Shown here in pieces: positions 58,711 through 64,000 of a stretch of DNA of 64,000 nt (within the stretch, counting starts at the first letter, position 1; every line of letters starts with the position of its first letter). Source of the stretch: the human T2T-CHM13v2.0 reference genome, Homo sapiens; NCBI RefSeq assembly GCF_009914755.1, contig NC_060942.1; one strand, 5' to 3'. A model generated the notes under the pieces. It searched no databases and was not told the origin of the DNA. It saw nothing but the letters and a program-made list of their open reading frames with translations. A program made the translations under genes and the position numbers.

Positions 58711-61700
58711 ATCCTAAAATATGTATAGAACCACAAAAATCCTAGAATAGTCAAGCAATTTTGAACAAAGAGAAGAAAACAGGAGGCATCACACTACTTA
58801 ACTTCAAAATAACTTATGAATCAATATTAATCAAAATGGCATCGTACTGGCATAAAAACAGGCACATAAACAAGTATAATACAGTCCAGAAACAGATGCA
58901 GATATTTATGGCCAATTAGTTTTTTAAAATGCGCCAAGAACATATAATGGGGAAAAGACAGTCTCTTTAATAAATGGTTTTAAAAAACCGTATTCACATA
59001 GAGAAGAAAGAAATTAGAACCATATCTTACACCATATAAAAAATCAATTCCAAATAGATTACAGGTAAGACTTAAAAGTATAAAACAACTAGTAGAAAAC
59101 ATATGAGAAAAGCTTCATGATATTGGTCTGGGCAATAATTTTTTGGATATGAAATCAAAGGCAAAAAAAGCAAAATTAGACAAATGAGACCATGAAAAAG
59201 CTTCTGCACAAATGAGAATCAGCACAGTGAAGAGATAAATGGGAGAAAAAATATCTGTAAAGCATGCATCTCAAAAGGGATTAATATCCAAAATATATAA
59301 GGAACTGAAACAACTGAATAACAATAAAACAAATAACCCAATTAAAAATAGGCCAATGATCTGAATAATCATTTGTCAATAGAAAACATGCAATATCAAT
59401 AATCATTTGAGAAATGCCAACTAAACCATAATTAAATATCACCTCACTCCTGTTAGGATGGCTTTTGTCAAAAACATAAATGATAACAAGTGTTGACAAG
59501 AACATTGCAGAAGCAGACTTATTTTACTCTGTTGGTTGGATTATAAATTAGCATAGACATTATGGAAAACATCATAAAGATTCTTCAGAAAAGTAAATAC
59601 AGAACGATGATATGATTTAATAATTCCACTTTTGGGTATATTTCCAAAGGAAATAAAAGCAGTTACGTTGAACAGATATCTTTATTCACATGTTCATTGC
59701 AGCATTATTCACAATAATCAAAATACGGAATCAACCCATCTATGTAATAATGAGTGACTGGATGAGGAAAATGTGTTATATACATGCACAGTAGAATACT
59801 TACTATTCAGCCTTTAAAAGGAAGGAAATCCTGTCATTTATGACAACAGGGTAAACCTGGAGAACATTATATTGAGTGAAATAAGTCATGCAGAGAAAGA
59901 CAAATATTGCATGGTCTCTCTTATATGTGGAATCTAGAAAAGTTGAACTCATATAAATAAAGAGTAAAATGGTGGTTACCAGGAGCCGGGATGTGAGAGG
60001 GAGTTGAGGAGATGTTGGTCAAAGGATACAAATTTCAGTTAAACAGGAGACATGAGTTCAGAAGGTCTGTTTTACAACATGGTGACTATGGTTAATACAT
60101 TTTATTTTTGAAAATTGCTAAGAGAACAGACTTGCAGTGTTCTTACCGCAAAAAATTATGTGAGGTAATGTATATATAAATTAGCTCCACTGACTCATTC
60201 CACTATGTATACATATTTCAAAACAACATGTTTTACAACATAAATGTATACAGTTTTTATTAATTAAAATACATTTAAAAACAACATTTAATGAAGAAGA
60301 TTTTTTCACCTAAAGATGTGTGTTTTGGACAATTCTCTTTTTCCTCTTTTGAGTCAACTTTATAGAGGCATAATTAATTAAAATAAAATGTAAGTGTGTA
60401 GTTCAGTGATTTAAGACTGTTTTCCAACATGGTTGCACCTTTTGTATTTCCATCAGCAGTTTGTGAGAGTTCCAGTTGCTTCACATTCTTTTCAAAACTT
60501 GCAATGGCCCAGTATTATAAGTTTTAATTTTGGCCATCATAATTGGTACAAAGTGGTATTCCATGAGGAGGAGTTTTGAAAGCACTTAAATTTTGCATTT
60601 CTTATGAAACTTTTAATTTAGTCATTTATTTTATATGAGCAGGGACTCGTATTCTGTTTTACTCAATAGATTTTAATTCATTATTTAAAAAATCAAGACA
60701 AAAACTTTGGCTTTCCCTTCAGTGTCTCTTGCAGATGGCTACAATGCAGGGGCAACTGGTTTTCTGGTGGGCCTAGAATGTATGTAAATATTTCAATTCT
60801 CCTAACAAAATATCAACTATGCCCTCTCCTCTATAAGAATCTAATGCTTATGAGCTTTGTCTTAACATTTTCATTATTAAAAAGTACCTTCTTTTAAACC
60901 CAGAAAAATTAATAATAGTTGAAGGATATGGTCTAAAGTGATTCTAACAATCAGTTCTTCAAAACTATCCACTCTACCATTTTCAGCTTCATTGAATCAT
61001 TAGAAATTAATCCTCACCTATTGGACAGAATTTGGGCTTTATAATTCCTTACAATTTATCATTTTAAAGCATATTTCAAAATCATAGGTCCTGGCCCAAA
61101 CTTCTGACCTCTTCATCTTTCTCATAAACTCAATACCATCCTTATTTGACCTCAGTAAGTATTGTAATGCACATGTGTTCTTCAAGACTATTACATCCTT
61201 CTTTGCTTTCTTTCCCCAGCTGTATTCACTGAACAGATTGTTGATGTTATACACTCTCTGGCTAGTCTGTCAATTCCCTCGACAACTTGACCAAGTCTCA
61301 CAGTTAAGTGGTGAAACATTTGTTTCCTCTGCCTTCATCCTGGACTGCTGAATCTTGCTGAAGAAAACTTCAACCTTGTTCAAATTCTCTAAAACTTATG
61401 TTTTATGAAACCAGGTGGGATTCAGTACTGACTGGGAAGAATCTATGGGAGTAAATATGGAACCCTAAGAAAAGCTACTTTCTGGAAAATAAAAATGATC
61501 AGTTCATGATCTTTACACATATTGATATACTTCAAGGTCAATTCCAGATTCTTCTTTCTTCTAACTTTATCCTTCCTCCCTAGGATCTTATCTTTGCTTC
61601 TAGCTACAATTACCATGTTTATCCCAATAACTCTAAAGTATTTATGTTGAATATCACAAATTTAGAGCTTCAGATCATATTCTGTTTCTGAGATTTAGAT

Positions 61701-62295
61701 CAATATCTTCAAGTACCTGCCAGGCAAATTCATTTGAATATTAAAAGTACCTCAATTCATCAAGTACAAATTTAAACCCATGGTCTTTTTTTTCTCTCAA
61801 AAACAACATTTTCTTCCATCCTTCCAGTCAGATAGCTCAGAAACTTAGATGTCTTTTTTTAACTATTACTTCCTAAATAATTCTGCCAGGCTGTTTCTTT
61901 CTCTTCATTTCCACCCCCAATACTCTAATGATTTCCTGATTTATATATGGTAACCACACTGTTCTTTCCTCTCATCCATTGATATCAGAGTAACCAGAGA
62001 TGTATTTTCAAGATGAAGATATGATAATTTTATGCCCCTCTTTGACAAACAACCATCAAAGCCTGTAATGAGTTTCTTATCCCTTTAGCATAAAATAGGA
62101 AGTTCCTAATGTGGTTTACAAGGCTCCTCCTGTTCTGGGATATGCCTTCTACTCCAGGCTCATCATGAACTACTCTGTTTTTAATTTTCCTTTGTTTGTG
62201 ATTAATATATCTCTAAATTGTCTTTCCTGTGTGTAACTGGACACTTTCCCTTTCCAGAGAGAAAATGTAAAGCAAAAATGATTTTATGTCACTAT

Positions 62296-62301
62296 TTTAT
62301 T
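62296..62301 (-). terminator. SERPINB3 polyadenylation signal
   Basis: AATAAA on the - strand, paralogous to 44358-44363. Confidence 0.75.
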
Positions 62302-62738
62302 GATGATGTGTTTTATAGAATCACAAAATTTAGAAACATAAGAAGGATTTAGGTATCACCTAAATTCAAAGAAATGTGTGTTTCTAGGTTGCTAAATTCA
62401 AAGAAAAAGTATGATTTGGTTTGGTTCATTTAAAACAGGTCACAAACAGAATTATATTTCAAATTTAGAAGATACGGTATTAAGTGATTCATCTTATTTT
62501 GGACATTTTTCCTCAAGGAGAATTTTTCTGGAAGAAAAAGTACATTTATATGTGGGCTTATTAAGAGAAAGAGAGAAAGGCATGCTATTTTAATCATTAA
62601 ATTCTTGATGATGACGATCATCATCAAGATGAGAAAGAAAAGAAATATGAGCCAAGAGAATCTGTTGTTGCCAGCAATCAGTTTACCAGAACATCTGCAG
62701 GTGAACATTTTCCAAATGGAGTGACAGACTAATTGCAT

Positions 62739-63143
62739 CTACGGGGATGAGAATCTGCCATAGAAGAGGATGCTGTTGGTCTTATTTTGCCTTATGAAGA
62801 ATAGGAAAGGGTGATTACAATGGAACTCTTCATTAGTTGAAGTAGGTGATGATCCGAATCCTACTACAGCGGTGGCAGCTGCAGCTTCTGCTCCCTCCTC
62901 TGTAACCTCCACAAAGGCCTTGTGTAGGACTCCAGATAGCACGAGACCGCGGCTCCCGGTCATGCCTGAGAGGTCTGCATCCCCATTGAAGATATCCACC
63001 ATTCCCATGGTTCTCAACGTGTCCTTGAGGTCATAGCTCTCTTCCACTTTGAACCGAGGTAAGTGTAAATCGACACGTGTCTCTCTCATATTCTGCAAAC
63101 TTGTCCATTCCATCAATTTCTCAGCAGTGAGTTTCTCTTCAAG
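62739..63143 (-). CDS. SERPINB3: SERPINB3 (SCCA1) exon 8 coding part with RCL
   Basis: 405 nt; [32 protein letters not shown]...GRFSSP-stop; GFGSS RCL is diagnostic of SCCA1. Confidence 0.97.
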   Translation of the reverse strand, partial: LEEKLTAEKLMEWTSLQNMRETRVDLHLPRFKVEESYDLKDTLRTMGMVDIFNGDADLSGMTGSRGLVLSGVLHKAFVEVTEEGAEAAAATAVVGFGSSPTSTNEEFHCNHPFLFFIRQNKTNSILFYGRFSSP

Positions 63144-63912
63144 CTATACAAATGGAAAAAAGAAACTGATATGACTAACTGTTGATTTCTAATACACCTT
63201 AACAATGAATTGACTATGTGGAGAATCCTTATTTTGGCAACAAATGTGAAATACAGAAGGTTCACTTTATTAGATATTATTATTCTAATAGGCAAAATAT
63301 GAGTCCTGGATATATAAATACATTGGGTTATATGTGTATGTGTATAAACAGAATCAAGTTTTTATGTATATGTAATGTGTACATATGTATGTATACAACT
63401 GTATGATACACATGTAAAAATATGATTACATTATTTTGTACACAATGAACTATATATATCACTATTTCTTGTGCCAACAGCCTACTACATGTGTCAATTT
63501 TTAATAGGCTCATCTTATTTTTCTGTATACATTATTTAGTACACATTGCAATTATTAAATTGCAATTCCCCAAATTCCTAAATTTCTATTCCCTTTTTTA
63601 CTTGGTGTATTCGTAAACTTTCCTCACATTGCTATATATTTCTCCCAGTCAAGTTTAAATTGCTGCATAATAATATCATTAAATTGATATCCAATGCATG
63701 TAACTCTAATAAATTAATCATTAACTATGCCTTCAGTTTGTGTCAGGCCCTATGCTTAAATCTTTGTAATATGAAGGTGAGTCATCATTCCTCATTTAGA
63801 ATTTTTCATTATTTTGAGGCAACTCGGTCACCAGCTTTTACCTTGTTTAAACTTGGTATCTTTGGAAAAATGTCAGGCAGTAGAAGGAAGAGTTGTAGAT
63901 GCAAGTTCTTAC

Positions 63913-64000
63913 CTTCTGGAGACCATCGATTTCATTTGGCAGCAACACAATCATGCTTAGATCTTTGCCTTTGTATGGTATTTCCAGGACCTTGGCCTGT
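63913..64000 (-). CDS. SERPINB3: SERPINB3 exon 7, cut by the window end
   Basis: QAKVLEIPYKGKDLSMIVLLPNEIDGLQK followed by gtaaga donor. Confidence 0.95.

Larger units (their letters stand above)
58708..64000 (+). repeat. SERPINB3 duplication unit (continues past the window), starting with a copy of the L1MA 3' part (~58708-60285)
   Basis: Colinear with 40770-46354. Confidence 0.97.

Overview
Primate genomic DNA, almost certainly human chr18q21.3, from the clade B (ov-serpin) cluster. It holds the last four coding exons of SERPINB13 (+ strand, gene starts before the window), a complete SERPINB4/SCCA2 gene (- strand, 8 exons; my exon calls sum to 1173 nt = 390 aa + stop) and the last two exons of SERPINB3/SCCA1 (- strand, runs off the right edge). 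The rest is mostly Alu, L1, MIR, MaLR/ERV LTR and DNA-transposon relics; nearly all other listed ORFs are repeat-derived noise. I found no new gene family or novel biological system. The interesting signals are structural: (1) the 17.9-kb SERPINB4/SERPINB3 tandem duplication starts at an L1-endonuclease TT/AAAA site and its junction is bridged by a truncated AluY, so the duplication may be a giant target-site duplication; (2) a sharply bounded ~1.3-kb tract ~99.5% identical between the paralogous units, suggesting gene conversion; (3) a composite insertion at ~23.0-23.3 kb made of a direct copy and an inverted copy of nearby DNA; (4) an L1PA lacking its RT region and carrying a probable 3' transduction; (5) an L1PA present in SERPINB4 intron 7 but absent from SERPINB3. 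Repeat subfamily names come from remembered consensus motifs, repeat boundaries are approximate, and identities were counted by eye.
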